DNA from: Blastocladiella emersonii ATCC 22665 | Taxonomy: Eukaryota; Fungi; Blastocladiomycota | DNA length: 64,000 nt | Assembly: GCA_025594325.1 (NCBI GenBank) | Contig: JANHCV010000004.1 | Location: forward strand, 930,001-994,000 | Direction of reading: 5' to 3' | In this document: piece after piece, positions 32,479-44,726 of the stretch | Layout: the number at the start of each line of letters is the position of its first letter | Numbering within the stretch: position 1 is the stretch's first letter | The notes under the pieces: model-generated | Database searches by the model: none | Told to the model about the DNA's origin: nothing | What the model saw: only the letters and a program-made list of their open reading frames with translations | Translations under genes and position numbers: made by a program

Positions 32479-33068
32479 GTTCCACTATTCGTGGAGCGAA
32501 CTCGGGTTTAGCAACGTGGTGGTCAGTTGCTTGTTGACTGGAATACAACAATCGAAATTGTCCACTCGCCTCTCCCTCTGCCTCGTTCTCGTACTCGTCG
32601 CCGACCTCTCCGTCGGTGTCCTGGCCGCGGCCATGGCCAGGTCCACCCTGTGAGCCTCTTGAACCTCGGCGCTTGTCGCTTGGCGCTCTTCTCCTCGTCC
32701 TCGCCAGCTTGCGCCAGTGCGATGGTCATGGCCCTGACCATAGCCGCGCCGCTTGCAACCCCGACATGAAGCCCTGCCGGCCGTCGCTACGACTCAGTTT
32801 GACACCTCGACAGCTGAGTTACCCCGTGGCCGTCTCCACGCTCAGATCAGTTCCCCTGCTGCGGTGCTCGGCACGACGAGGAACGTGTCGTTGGACTTGG
32901 AGGTGAGAGACACGGCCACGTTTTCCGCTTCAGCCACTTGGGCGCACACGCGTGCGTGCCGACCGACCGCGCGTGAGCTTGGGCCTCCGGGTCCCCGCTC
33001 TCCCTCCCCCTCTCAAGCCAACCATCACCACTTTCACTGCAACGTAACTTCTACGCATCGACCACCCC

Positions 33069-36000
33069 ATGTCAGTCCAACCGACGGCCGTGTGTTGCCA
33101 CAAGCCGTGGGAGGACGTGGCGCGGGAGCTGCAGACGGACGCCGTGCAGGGCCTGGCGTCGTCGACGGCGGCGGTGCGGCTCGCCCAGTACGGGACCAAC
33201 GAGCTGCACGTCGGCGACGACGAGCCCTGGTACCTCAAGCTGCTCGAGCAGTTCCAGAACCCGCTCAGTTACCTGCTGCTCGCGTCGGCCGCCGTGTCGC
33301 TGCTCGTCGGCGAGTGGGACAATGCATTCAGTATCGCGCTGGTGCGTGCTGCCCGGGGGGGACTTTGTCGGATGGGAACCTGATGGACGAGTCGCTGGTA
33401 GGCTATCGCCATTGTCGCAACAGTCGCATTCGTGCAAGAGTACAAGTCCGAGCAGTCGCTGCAGGCGCTCAACACTTTGGTCCCGCACCACGCCAACGTC
33501 ATCCGGTACGCTTCATCGCATTGCACCACGCGCAAGTACCGCCAGACCAACCACAACCTCGTGTAGTGACGGCATGCCGCGGCGAATTCTCGGCACCGAC
33601 CTGGTCCCGGGCGACGTGTGCACCTTCTCGACGGGCGACCGGATCCCCGCCGACGTGCGCCTCGTCGAGGCCGTGGACCTGCAGGTCGACGAGGCTACGC
33701 TGACGGGCGAGACCAAGCCCGTGCGCAAGACGCAGATGCCGCTCGAGCGCGCGCACAAGGAGCTCGCCGTATCCGAGCGCAAGAACGTGTGCTACATGGG
33801 CACGCTCGTCAAGAACGGCTACGGCACGGGCATCGTCGTTGGGACCGCCAAGTCGACCGAGTTTGGCGCCATCTTCCTCATGATGCGCGACGTACGGCGT
33901 TGTTCTCTCCGTGTGACGCTCGCGCCACGACTGACCTCGTGTATGGACATCTAGGTCGAAGTCAAGAAGACGCCGCTGCAGCAGCGCATGGACGAGCTCG
34001 GCAATCAGTTGTCGATTGTCTCGACTGCCATCATCTTCGTCATCCTGCTCATCGGGTGGGGCCTGCAGGGCCGCTCGCTGCTCGACATGTTCACCATCAG
34101 CGTGAGTCTGGCGGTCGCTGCGATCCCCGAGGGCCTACCCGTCGTAGTCACCGTGACCCTCGCGCTCGGCGTGCTGCGTCTCGCGGAGCGCAAGGCCATC
34201 GTCAAGCGGCTCCCGTCCATTGAGACGCTGAGCTGCGTCAACGTGCTGTGCTGCGACAAGACGGGCACGCTGACGACCAACCAAATGACGGCGCAGCATA
34301 TCTGGACGCCGGCCATGCCGGAACCCGTGTCGGTACACGAGCCGTCCGGCGGCGTCCCCATCGCCGACCTCGCGGCGCGCCCGGACGTGCACGAACTCCT
34401 CGCGTGCGCGAACCTGTGCAACCACGCGCGCGTCGACCCGACGGGCCGGCTGCTCGGGCAGAGCACCGACTGCGCGCTGCTCGACCTCGCGACGCGCCAG
34501 TTCGGCCTGCCCGACCTCCGCGCGTCGGCGCACCTCGTCGCCGAGCACCCGTTCAACAGCGACCACAAGTGCATGGTGACGACGTGGCGGCTCCCCTCGG
34601 GCGCCGACCGCGTGTACATGAAGGGCGCGCTCGAGCCGGTCCTCGCAGCGTGCACGACGGTCGGGGCCGGCGGACACGTCCCGCTCGAGCCCGCGCACGT
34701 CGCGGCGATCGCGGCCGAGGTCGAGCGCATGGCGACGCGCGGGCTGCGCGTGCTCGCGCTGGCCGCGGGGAACCAAGAGGGCGACCTCGCGTTCCTCGGG
34801 CTCGTGTCGATCCACGACCCGCCGCGCGCCGGCGTCCAGGACACGGTGCGGCGGCTGCAGCACGCGGGTGTGCGCGTCATTATGATGACGGGCGACGCCG
34901 AGTCCACGGCAAGGTCGATTGCCGCGCAGGTCGGGATCGTGGGCGCGGACGAGGCGGTCAGCGGCAAGGAGATGGATCTCGGTAGTGCGGCAACTGCCGC
35001 GGCCGCGGACCAGATCGGCCGCGCGGGCGTCTTCTATCGCATGAGCCCCGCCAACAAGCTCGATGTCGTGCGCTCGCTGCAGGCCATGGGGTGCGTCGTC
35101 AGCGTGCTCGGCGACGGGGTTAACGACGCGCCCGCGCTCCGGCTCGCGGATATCGGCGTGTCCATGGGCGTCTCGGGCACCGACGTGTGCAAGGAGGCGG
35201 CCGACGTGATCCTCGTCAACGACGATCTCAGCACCCTCGTCACGGCGATTGAAGAAGGTACGGTTTGCGCGCCTCGGGGACTTCGCGGTGAACTGACTTT
35301 TGGGGGATGTGTGTAGGCAAGTCCATCTTCATGAACATCCGCAACTTCCTCAGCTTCCAGCTGTCGACGTCCATCTCGGCGCTCTCGCTCGTCGCCATTG
35401 CTACGTTTGTCGGCCTCCCGAATCCGCTTAACGCCATGCAGATCCTGTGGATCAGTACGTGACTCCGTCCCGCCGTTCTCGCTCCGTGGATACTGACGCG
35501 AGCCCGCTCTGTGTAGACATCATCATGGATGGCCCGCCAGCACAAAGTCTCGGCGTGGAGCCCGTCGACAAGGACGCGGTCGAGAACACGAGCCCAAGGC
35601 CGTCGTCGGCGCCCATCATCACGCACGAGCTCGTCGTCAAGGTGCTCACGTCGGCCGCCGTGATCGTCACGGGCACGCTGTTCGTGTACTACATGGAGCT
35701 CGTGTCGGGCGCGTCGACTGAGCATGTCACGACCATGGTACGCTCGCTCGCCTGACCCACGCGCACCAGACACTGACCCCGCGCATGAAGACCTTCTCCA
35801 TCTTCGTCATGTATGACATGTTCAACGCGCTGTCGTGCCGGTCGCTGACCAAGTCGATCTTCGAGGTCGGGTTCCTGACCAACCGCATGTTCAACTACGC
35901 GCTCGGCTTCTCGCTGCTCGGCCACCTGTGCGTCGTGTACGTGCCGCCGTTCCAGCGCATCTTCCAGACGCTCCCGCTCAGCCTCGCCGACTGGGCCCTG

Positions 36001-36156
36001 ATCCTGTCGCTGGCGTCGATCGTGTTCTGGGTCGACGAGATGCGCAAGCTTGGCGCCGGCCGCGTCGCCGACGCCGTCATGGCCCGCGTAGCCCCCGCGT
36101 GGTGGCGGAGGAGGCAGCGGCCCGCGTATAACCCGCTTGATATGCTCCACCTGTAG
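33069..36156 (+). CDS. PMR1: Golgi Ca2+/Mn2+ P-type ATPase (SPCA/PMR1)
   Basis: [67 protein letters not shown]. Multiple short introns. Confidence 0.95.
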
Positions 36157-36347
36157 TTGGTAGAGGAGCTGATGTATAATACACGCGATGGTCATTTTTG
36201 CATGACGGACCGCGACTGGTTGAAAAACGTGCTCCCTCGCGGACCAAGCCGAAACGCGGCACCGCTGGTGCGCGAGGCTCGGCCGCCCTGCCTCTCGCTT
36301 GCTCTCCTCATAAGCTCGTCGTGAAGCCGACGCAACGAAACTACACC

Positions 36348-37253
36348 ATGCAATCAACCGTCCGAGCCCGGCTCGCGCAGGCGTGCGCCTGCGCCACGCT
36401 GCGGGGCGCTGTCGTTCGCCCGTCGATCGGCGCACCGAGGCCCCTCTCAACCCACACCCTCCGCGCCTCTTCGCCAGACCCCTCGCCGTCCCCGCGCGAC
36501 CCCACGATCCGCGCCGAAGACCAGCAGCAGCGTCGCGAGCGCGAGATCAACATGGGCCGCGCGACGTGGGTGCTGCGGCACGAGCTCGACACGTTCTGCG
36601 AGTGGGGCATCTCAGACACGTCCATCTACGCGCGCGACATGCGGTTCTACGACCCGCACTCGCGCCTGCACCTGACGTCGCGCACGCAGTACCTGTGGGG
36701 CTCGCGCGCGCTGCGGTGGATCCTGGCCGCGTGGTTCGTCGACCCCCGCGTCACGCTCACCAAGATCACGCAGCACGCGCGTGCCGCGCCGGCGCGGTTG
36801 ACGAGCGGGGGCGAGGCGGGTGGAAGCGAGCCAACGCCGCCGGGCGAACCCGACGCGCCGCCGCCCGACCCGCTCCCCGCGGACCTGTGCGAGAGCGACG
36901 AGGGCGCGCTGCGCGTCGGGTTCATCTTCACGGGCCTGCCGCGGCACCGGTGGGCCATGGCCGTGATCGCCAACGCCACGGGCATGCGCGCCGACCCGTC
37001 GCGGTTCGTGTATCAGGTCGAGGGTACCAGCGTCTACACGTTCAACCGCGCCGGCCTGATCCACGCACACTGGATCGAGCGGCTCGTCCCGCGCCCGACG
37101 CTGCTCAAGTACGCGGGACCGTGGTGGCGGCAGTCTGGGCCCGCGTCCGTTGAGGAGTGGCGCGCCGGGTGGTGTTACCGGGAAGTGCCCGTCGCCGCGC
37201 GCGTGCCGTTGAGGGATGCGAAGAAGCAGCAGCGGCGGCGCGAGCACGCATAG
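36348..37253 (+). CDS. DUF2358 / NTF2-like (C6orf136-like) protein, probably mitochondrial
   Basis: Presequence-like N-terminus; SIYARDMRFYDP...EGTSVYTFNRAGLIHAHWIERL resembles the DUF2358 pattern. Confidence 0.55.
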   Translation: MQSTVRARLAQACACATLRGAVVRPSIGAPRPLSTHTLRASSPDPSPSPRDPTIRAEDQQQRREREINMGRATWVLRHELDTFCEWGISDTSIYARDMRFYDPHSRLHLTSRTQYLWGSRALRWILAAWFVDPRVTLTKITQHARAAPARLTSGGEAGGSEPTPPGEPDAPPPDPLPADLCESDEGALRVGFIFTGLPRHRWAMAVIANATGMRADPSRFVYQVEGTSVYTFNRAGLIHAHWIERLVPRPTLLKYAGPWWRQSGPASVEEWRAGWCYREVPVAARVPLRDAKKQQRRREHA

Positions 37254-37506
37254 TAGTACTTTCTATATATCAGTGTTCTTGACTTGACGTCGATCCTCAT
37301 GGAAGCGTGACCAACACGTTATTCCGCGACGCGTCTCCCGACCAGCCGCCGTGTCTCGCACGCGCGTCTCTCACCGCACCGCCGCCTCCGCCTTGTTCTC
37401 CTGGACTGGATCGCGAGCGAAATACACGCACCCTCCCTCTCCATCCCCCCTCCCTCCCTCATCGTCAGTACAAACCTGCAACGCAACAGCACTCACCAGC
37501 AGCACC

Positions 37507-38946
37507 ATGTCGGAAGCGAGCATTGCGCGCGCCAAGGCGCAGCTGCTGCGCGCGGACGGCGGGCAGTGGGTGCCCATGGTCGGCGGCGTGGTGCCCATCG
37601 ACATCTACCACCACTCGGCGACCCACGCGTTCCGGTTCATTGCCTACGAGCGCAACCAGTGCATCCTCAACGCCACCATCAACGGCACGGGCGCCGCGCT
37701 CGCCGCGGGCGCCGTCGCCTTCCGCGCCGTCTCGGCCTCCTTCTACCAGTACCAGGACTCGGCCGCCCGCCTCTCGCTCGGGTTCAACTTTCCCGACACG
37801 AACGAGGCCGCGGTCTTTGCCGACAAGCTCACCAAGGTGCTCGACGGGTCGTTCGTCAGGAGCCTCACGCAGCCGCCGCCCGCACCGACGCCTCCTCCCC
37901 CGCCGCCGCCGGCCCCGCCTGCGCCCGTCGCGGCACCGGTCCCCGTCGCTCCACCTGCTCCGCCGGCACCAAGCGGTCCGCCTGCCGCTCCGATCCCGCA
38001 GGCTCCCGTGGCCGCCGTCGCCGCACCCAAGCCGCCCGGCGGCAACGTCCCTCCCCCACCTCCCCCGCCGCCGCCCATGTTCTCGTCCTCCTCGCCAACG
38101 ACGGCCGAGTCGCCGTCCTCGGTCTCCAACCCGCTCGCGGCCGGGCTCGCGGCCAAGGCGGCGCAGATGCAGGCCGCCGCCGCCTCCGCTTCCGCCGTCG
38201 CGGCTCCTCCGGCCCCGCCGGCCCCGCCCGCACCGAAACCCGCTGGCGGCAGTGGCGGTCCGCCCCCGCCGCCTCCCCCGCCGCCGCCGCCCATGTTCGG
38301 GAGCAGCGCGCCAAGCTCGCCAACGACGGCCAACGACGACGACGCGGGTGTGGCGCCCTCGGGCTCGATCGCCGCGGCGCTCGGCCAGGTCAAACTGCGC
38401 AAATCCACGCCCGCGTCGTCGCCGACGGGCGGCGGGCCGCCGGGTGTCCCGCTACCGAGCTCGCCCGCCGCTCCACCTGCGGCGGCCGCAGCCGCGCCGG
38501 CGGCCAAGAAACCCGCCGCCGCGGCGTCGTCGGGGCTCAGCATGATGGAGGAGATCGCGCTGCGCGCCAAGAAGCGGCTTTCGGCGGACGCGGGCAACCC
38601 GAGCACCGCCACGGCCATGTCGCCCATCTCGCCGGGTCCCGCGTCGGCGCCTGCTGCCGGGCCTGCGGCGGTGAGCGTCACGCGCGCCGGGTCGCGCGGG
38701 CACGGGCTCGCGACCGCGTCGCCGCGCGCGAGTACGGCGAACATCGTTGCGGCGGCCGAGCGCGCGGCGGCGACGCGGGCTGCTGAGAGTGTGGTCGGTG
38801 GTGCGGGGGCGGGTGTGTCGCAGGCCACGCTCGCGGCGTGGAAAGATGAGGTCGTCGAGGCGGTCCGCACCGAGCTCCAGGCGTTCCGCGACGAGCTCAT
38901 GCGCGATCTCAACGATATGTTTCGCGCGAGCGGTGCTGGGCAGTAG
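37507..38946 (+). CDS. Ena/VASP-like actin polymerase: EVH1, polyproline, G-actin-binding, F-actin-binding and tetramerisation segments
   Basis: MSEASIARAKAQL..QWVP..IYHH..FRFIA..FYQYQD..GFNF..EAAVF (EVH1); polyPro; IAAALGQVKLRKS (GAB); GLSMMEEIALRAKKR (FAB); LAAWKDEVVEAVRTELQAFRDELM (tetramerisation helix). Confidence 0.85.
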   Translation: MSEASIARAKAQLLRADGGQWVPMVGGVVPIDIYHHSATHAFRFIAYERNQCILNATINGTGAALAAGAVAFRAVSASFYQYQDSAARLSLGFNFPDTNEAAVFADKLTKVLDGSFVRSLTQPPPAPTPPPPPPPAPPAPVAAPVPVAPPAPPAPSGPPAAPIPQAPVAAVAAPKPPGGNVPPPPPPPPPMFSSSSPTTAESPSSVSNPLAAGLAAKAAQMQAAAASASAVAAPPAPPAPPAPKPAGGSGGPPPPPPPPPPPMFGSSAPSSPTTANDDDAGVAPSGSIAAALGQVKLRKSTPASSPTGGGPPGVPLPSSPAAPPAAAAAAPAAKKPAAAASSGLSMMEEIALRAKKRLSADAGNPSTATAMSPISPGPASAPAAGPAAVSVTRAGSRGHGLATASPRASTANIVAAAERAAATRAAESVVGGAGAGVSQATLAAWKDEVVEAVRTELQAFRDELMRDLNDMFRASGAGQ

Positions 38947-39146
38947 GTGTTGTTGTGTGTGTGGTGAGAAGAAGGAGAGGAATACATGGGATTCGATGAC
39001 GCACTGAACGTCGCGGGGTCGCGAGGGAGGTCGGCCGGCTGCCCCGTCGACCGCGACGACGACTGAGGTCGCCCTACTCTCCTCTTGATCTTGATCCACA
39101 CCACCCGCTCATGTAACTTGCCGCAACCAACCCGACCTCGACAACC

Positions 39147-41545
39147 ATGGGACCAACACGCACCCGCCGCGGGCGCACCGCCAGCGCCGACCCCGAGCCC
39201 GCCGTCGAGTCAGGGTCCGAATCGTCGAGCTCCTCGTCGTCCTCCGAGGAAGACACGCCGCCGCGCCGGTCCGCACGCGTGCAGAAACTCGCTGCTGCTG
39301 CCGCCGCCGCCTCGGCGCCCGCAACCCCCACGCGGAAGCGCAAGGCCACGCCTGCGAAGCGGAAACGAACCGCGTCGCCGGAGCCCGAGCCTGAGTCCGA
39401 GGACGAGCCGGTAGCGGCGCCGCGTAAGCGGGGGCGGCCGCCGAGTAAGTCGGCGACGCCGGCGAGTAAGAAGGCGACGCCCGCTGCGAAAAAGGCCGCG
39501 CCCGCGGCGAAGAAGGCCACGCCGGCAGCGAAACGCGCGGCGCCCGCGAAGAAGGCCGCTGCTGCCCCGGCCGAGAAGGCTGCGCCGGCCAAGAAGAAGA
39601 AGGCCGCGCCCGCGAAACGCGCTGCTCCCGCGGCTCGGACGAAAGCGGTCGTCGTCGTTCCCGCCCGCGGCTCGTCGACGTCGGGTCGCGCGAGTCGAGC
39701 TGCTGCGCGGGCTGCTGCGGCGGAGGAGCCCGAAGAGGATGGTGAAGCAGAGGAGGTCGTGGAGAGCGGACCTGAGGCGAGCGGGTCCGAGGAGGAAGAG
39801 GACGGAAGCGACGGCGAGGCGCAGCCCGGCGCGAGTGCCGAGCCGTCGGACGACGACGAGGAGGACGAGGATGCAATGGACGAGGACGCATCCGACGAGG
39901 ATGATGATGAAGAAGAAGCCGATGACGATGACGACGAGGACAGCGGCGAAGAGTACGGCCGCACGCGCACCCGCCGCGCGCTCCCGCGGAAACGCGGCGC
40001 GCTGCAGGCCTTCCGCCGCTCGCCCAACAAGTCTCGCGTCCGCACCACGAGCCCGCTGCGCGGCGCGACCAAGCGGTCCGCCGCGACGCCCTCAACTCCG
40101 TCGGGCAAGCGGCGCAAGGTCATGGCGGCGACCGAGGGCCAGGGCATCGTGCCCGCGCTCCGCCGCAAGCCGCCCGCACCCGCCAACGTCACGACGTATG
40201 TCCAGGCCAAGACGGCGCTCCACGTGTCGACGGTCCCCGAGTCGCTGCCGTGCCGCGAGAACGAGTTTGGCGAGCTGTACGCGCACCTCGACAATGCGCT
40301 GCGCGAGCAGGTCGGGACTTGTCTCTGTACGTTTCGCTTGTTCCAAGGTACTCGTGGGCGGAGACTCATCCATTCGTGTGCACCACGTAGACGTCTCGGG
40401 GGTGCCGGGTACGGGCAAGACGGCCACCTTTTTCGAGGCGCTGCGTACGCTGCAGGAAGTCGTCGACATTGGGGTACGCTCCCGCTCATTCTCTTACGCG
40501 CATCCCGACCCGAAACTGACCCGCGCGAGCGAGCGAGTAGGACCTGCCCAAGTTCAACTTTGTCGAGGTGAACGGGATGAAGGTGCTCGACCCGGCGCAG
40601 GCGTACGGCGCGCTGTGGCAGGGGATCGCGCAGGAGCGGGTCACGGACGCGCACGCGCAGGAGCTGCTGACGCGGTACTACACGGACCCGCACGCGGCGC
40701 TCGTCTCCACGGAAACCTCGGCCGCGGACCGGCGGTGCACGGTGCTCCTGCTCGACGAGCTCGACCTGCTGGTCACCAAGCGGCAGGGCGTCATGTACAA
40801 CCTGTTCGACTGGGCGCAGCTGCCGTCGTCGCGACTCGTGGTCGTCGCCATCGCCAACACCATGGACCTGCCCGAACGCATGCTCACCAAGCGCGTCGCC
40901 TCGCGCCTCGGCCTCATCCGCGTCGATTTCGCGCCCTACTCGGAGGCCCAGCTCGTCCACATCCTCCACGCGCGGCTCGGCGAGTCCGGCGCCGTCGTGT
41001 CCGACAACGCCATGACGTTCGCCGCGCGCAAGGTCGCGACCGTCAACGGCGACGCGCGGCGCCTGCTCGACGTGTGCCGGCGCGCCGTCGAGCTCGCCGA
41101 GACCGAGGCCGCGACCAAGGCGGGATCCGCGGTAACGGGTGCCGAGGTGCCCGTCACGGTGGTCGTGCAGGTGCCGCACATCAAGGCCGCGACGGACGAG
41201 ATGTACGCGTCGCCGGTCGCACACTACCTGCGCACGGGCGCGAGCTACCTGCAGAAGCTCGTGGTCGCGGTGCTCGTGGCGGCGCAGCGGCGCACGGGCC
41301 TGCGCGAGATCGATGTCGACGACGTGATGGGCGTCGCGCGCGAGGCGGCGGTGCTCGCGGGGAAGCCCCTGCCCGACGCGGGCGATTTCGTCGTCCCGCG
41401 TACGCTCGCGGCGCTCGCGTCGCTCGGGGCGGTCCTCTACGACCCGCGCGGCGGCGTCGCCCAGCTCAACTCCTCGGAGCAGGACGCGGTCCACGCGCTC
41501 AAGAAGGACGCGGCGCTGTACAAGCTCGCCACGCGCGATCGGTAG
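39147..41545 (+). CDS. ORC1: Origin recognition complex subunit 1 (AAA+); low-complexity N-terminus with an AT-hook and no BAH domain
   Basis: LHVSTVPESLPCRENEF...CL/YVSGVPGTGKTAT, LLLDELDLLVT, YNLFDW, IANTMDLPER, RVASRLG, GDARRLLDVCRRA. Two short introns near 40330-40390 and 40475-40540. Confidence 0.92.
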
Positions 41546-41925
41546 CGGTGCGGTGGTGGAGTAATGAATGAACGACTCGATTGCTTGCTGAGCCAGCTGT
41601 CTTTCCGTGAGCGACGTGACGGTCTCAGCCTCGAAGCGGGCCCACGCGGGCGGCGCGGCGCGACGAGCGACGCGTCGCGTTTCACGTCGGTCTCTCCGCC
41701 ATCTGAGACCCCTTCCGGGCCCGCCAGCCCTGACCCTTCGGGGTACACCCTTGCCTGAGTAAGCGTGGCCGCTCGCTGGGTGACCGCCGTGGGCCCGCGC
41801 CCGCTCGCGCCGACACGGTCGCCCTCCGCCGCGGCGGTGAATCCCGCTCTCTCTCCCGCTCTCGCGACGATACCTCGTCGACCCACCCTCAGTCCACGCA
41901 ACGTAATCAGCAACCACCCACCACC

Positions 41926-42629
41926 ATGTCCATGCAGGCGCGCTCCACCGGCTACGGCTACCCGACGGCCTCGGCGCCCGCCGACTACCCGTCCATCACA
42001 AGCATCAAGGACTCGATCACCGCGCCCGTGTCGCGCGCCGCCAACACCCTCTCCGCCTACACGGCGCCCATCACCGACACGGTCTGGTCGTGGTCCAGCG
42101 TGCTCCTCGACACGGCCCGTGTCTACTGGAACGGGTACGCGCGCGCTCATCTTCTTGACTTGTGGCCGCTTGCTCACATCAGACTCCCTCCGTCCCGCAC
42201 AGCTACCCGGCCCTGCGCGCCTTCACCTACGCGTTTGGCGCGCTGACGGCCATCCCGAACCTCATCTTCCTCACGTACGCGGCCATCTCGTTCGGGATCG
42301 TGGCGACCATCGCGACGGTCGGCGTGCTCGTCGTCGAGGGCGGGATCCTCGGGTTCGGGCTCCTGTTCCTCGGGCCCATTTTGTTCCTCTCCTTCTGGAT
42401 CGCGCTCGGCGGTGTGGCCCTCTTCACGGCGCTGTTCTACGGCCTGCGCGCGACCTCGATCACGCTCGGCACGACGCAGGAGTCCTTCACGGGCAACACG
42501 GGCATCATCGGCGGCGGTGTCGGGCTCGCCAAGAACGCGGCCGCCACCACGGCCGACCTCATGGAGAAGGCCGAGTCGTTTGTCGTCGGCCGCGAGGGCC
42601 TGCCGCCGCTCGTCTCGGGCCGCGTCTGA
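41926..42629 (+). CDS. Promethin/LDAF1-like lipid-droplet membrane protein
   Basis: One intron, then YPALRAF..ALTAIPNLIFL..GVLVVEGGILGFGLLFL; the long hydrophobic hairpins resemble promethin. Confidence 0.5.
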
Positions 42630-43071
42630 GCCGTGACCGTTTGTGTGTCGCTCGAGCGCGCGCCAACCGCGCTGCATCGCCCATTATGTATCACTATCCA
42701 TCCCCATGATCGTCTGATCTAATTCATTCTGCCATTTCGAATACCGCCTCGTTCCCGCTCGAGCTTGAGTGTGTCGTCGAACGGGAGCGACCTGAAACGC
42801 GACGCGACTGAGGTGGCTCGGCTCGCTCGAAGCTGCGCCACCCAAGTCACCTGGGACCCTCCGGCCCTGCATATATTCATCTCGTCTCCCCTCGTCTCCC
42901 CTCGACAAATGAGCAGCTCGACGAGTCCTGCCGACCCGCTGCGCTAGAGAAATGCACACGGACGAGACTGGCTATAAAATGCGGCCCAGCCCCCGCTGTC
43001 CTCCAGCTCTTGCTCTCCACACCCTTCGACAAGACTCTCTCATCGCAGACTCTGTTCCCCATACGACCACC

Positions 43072-44078
43072 ATGTCTGCCTCGATTGCTCTTGCCGCCCC
43101 CGTCTCGTCGTCGCCGTCGTCGCCCAAGTCGCCCGTGTCCTTGGTCAAGCACTCGCTCCGCGTCGTGGTCGCTCCCGCGAACGGCACCAGCGGCCGCAAC
43201 GTGCCCGAGAACAAGGTCGCCGACAACGAGTGCTTTGTCGACTCAACGCCGACCCCCAAGGTCGGCACCCTCAAGGACCGGTTCGAGCAGCTCGCGACTG
43301 CTCCCGGCTCGCCCGCCGGCACCAGCCCGCGCTCGGCGTGCTCGCGGTCCTCGGACCAGGTCAACGTCGCCAAGTTGGTCAGCGACAACGGCCACTTCGT
43401 GCAGAGCGACACCATCAAGTTCAAGTCGGCTACGGCGGGTCCCGCGACGGCGGCGGCGGCGGTCGTTCTCGAGTCGCTCGCGGAGGCAAATGTGGCAACC
43501 CTGCGCGCGACCTTCGAGCCCACGACCGCCGCTGTGGCTGCAGTCGCTCCCGTCACCCCGACTACCGACGTCCCGGCTGCCGTCGACACCCTCGCGTCGA
43601 CTGCGGCGCCCATCAAGGAGATCGCCTCGTGTCCCGCCCCCGCCGCCGCTGCCCCTACCGCCGAGAAGAAGCGTAGTGCCGCTGGCAAAGTGCTGCGCTG
43701 GGTCCGCCGCCGTGCTGGCCACCGTGGCAGTGCGCCGCTGGTTGCGGTGGACCCCGAGGTCAAGGTGGTGGCGGCGGCGGAGACTATCGAGGCGAGCGTT
43801 ATCAGCGGCGTCGGCTCGAACCTGGCCGTCCTGTCGGCCTGTCGGCCGCGCTCGGGTCCGATCAGACGCTGGTCGACAACCACGAGTCGTCGGCCTCCCG
43901 CTGGTCGTCGTTCAAGGCCCGGATCGGCAGCCTCCTGGGCGGTGTATCCAGTACCGTCAAGGTGTCTGTTGTTTCGTCCGAGCCCAAGCCGCGCTCGACC
44001 AAGCACCGCGGCGTCAAGGTTCTCCCGACCACCTCGTCGCCCGTCGTGGTACTTCGGTCCGCCGCCGTTGTTTCTTGA
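43072..44078 (+). pseudogene. Hypothetical low-complexity protein frameshifted by an 8-bp tandem duplication (43832-43847)
   Basis: Start MSASIAL at 43072. TGTCGGCC occurs twice in tandem. Removing one copy joins a GC3-rich frame (ALGSDQTLVDNHESSASRWSSFKARIG...) that ends at TGA 44076-44078. Confidence 0.55.
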
Positions 44079-44726
44079 ATGTTTACTTGCATTTTCAGTT
44101 CGTGATACCTCCCATTTAATCCAACATCTCCCTCTGTGTGTGTAATTTGATCATTTCTCGTGTTTCTTCACCCGCGATTGTCGCTCGATTATGAATTGAG
44201 AGATGCGTCCAGTGATTCGGGCACTTGCACCCCCCTACGTTCGACCAAATCTCTTGAGCTCACACTAGTGTAGCGCACTGCTGCTCACCGGCCATGTGAA
44301 ACGTGCCGCGACGCTCACGCGGCGAGCAGCTGCGCCACCCGCCCGGTGCTGAGCCACCGCCACTTGAGCGCGTCACCGCGTTCTCGTGTCCACTGCTCCC
44401 CTTCAAGTTCTCTACCGCCCAGTCAACGAGCGATCTACCCTCATATATTCAATCTTAAGGTTCGGCCTTCAAGAGGGAAGGGCCGCTCGTTTGCGGGCGA
44501 ATGGGTGCGAGTTTCGCTCGTGGTCGATCAGGTCGGACTCTTCCACTTCGGATGAGCAAATACAAGGCAATGTACTATGAGTATATTAGGCGATGTTGCC
44601 TACGCAAAGTAATGCGCGACACGAGGATTACCGCGCGCCGGGGCGGACCTGGCTCCAACGACCGTGGCGATGTTGATACAACACATCGGAATGATGGTCC
44701 CAGAGGTTGTCAGGTCGCTTAAGAAT

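Noticed and set aside
39074-41917. 947-aa minus-strand ORF
   Set aside because: Antisense shadow of ORC1.
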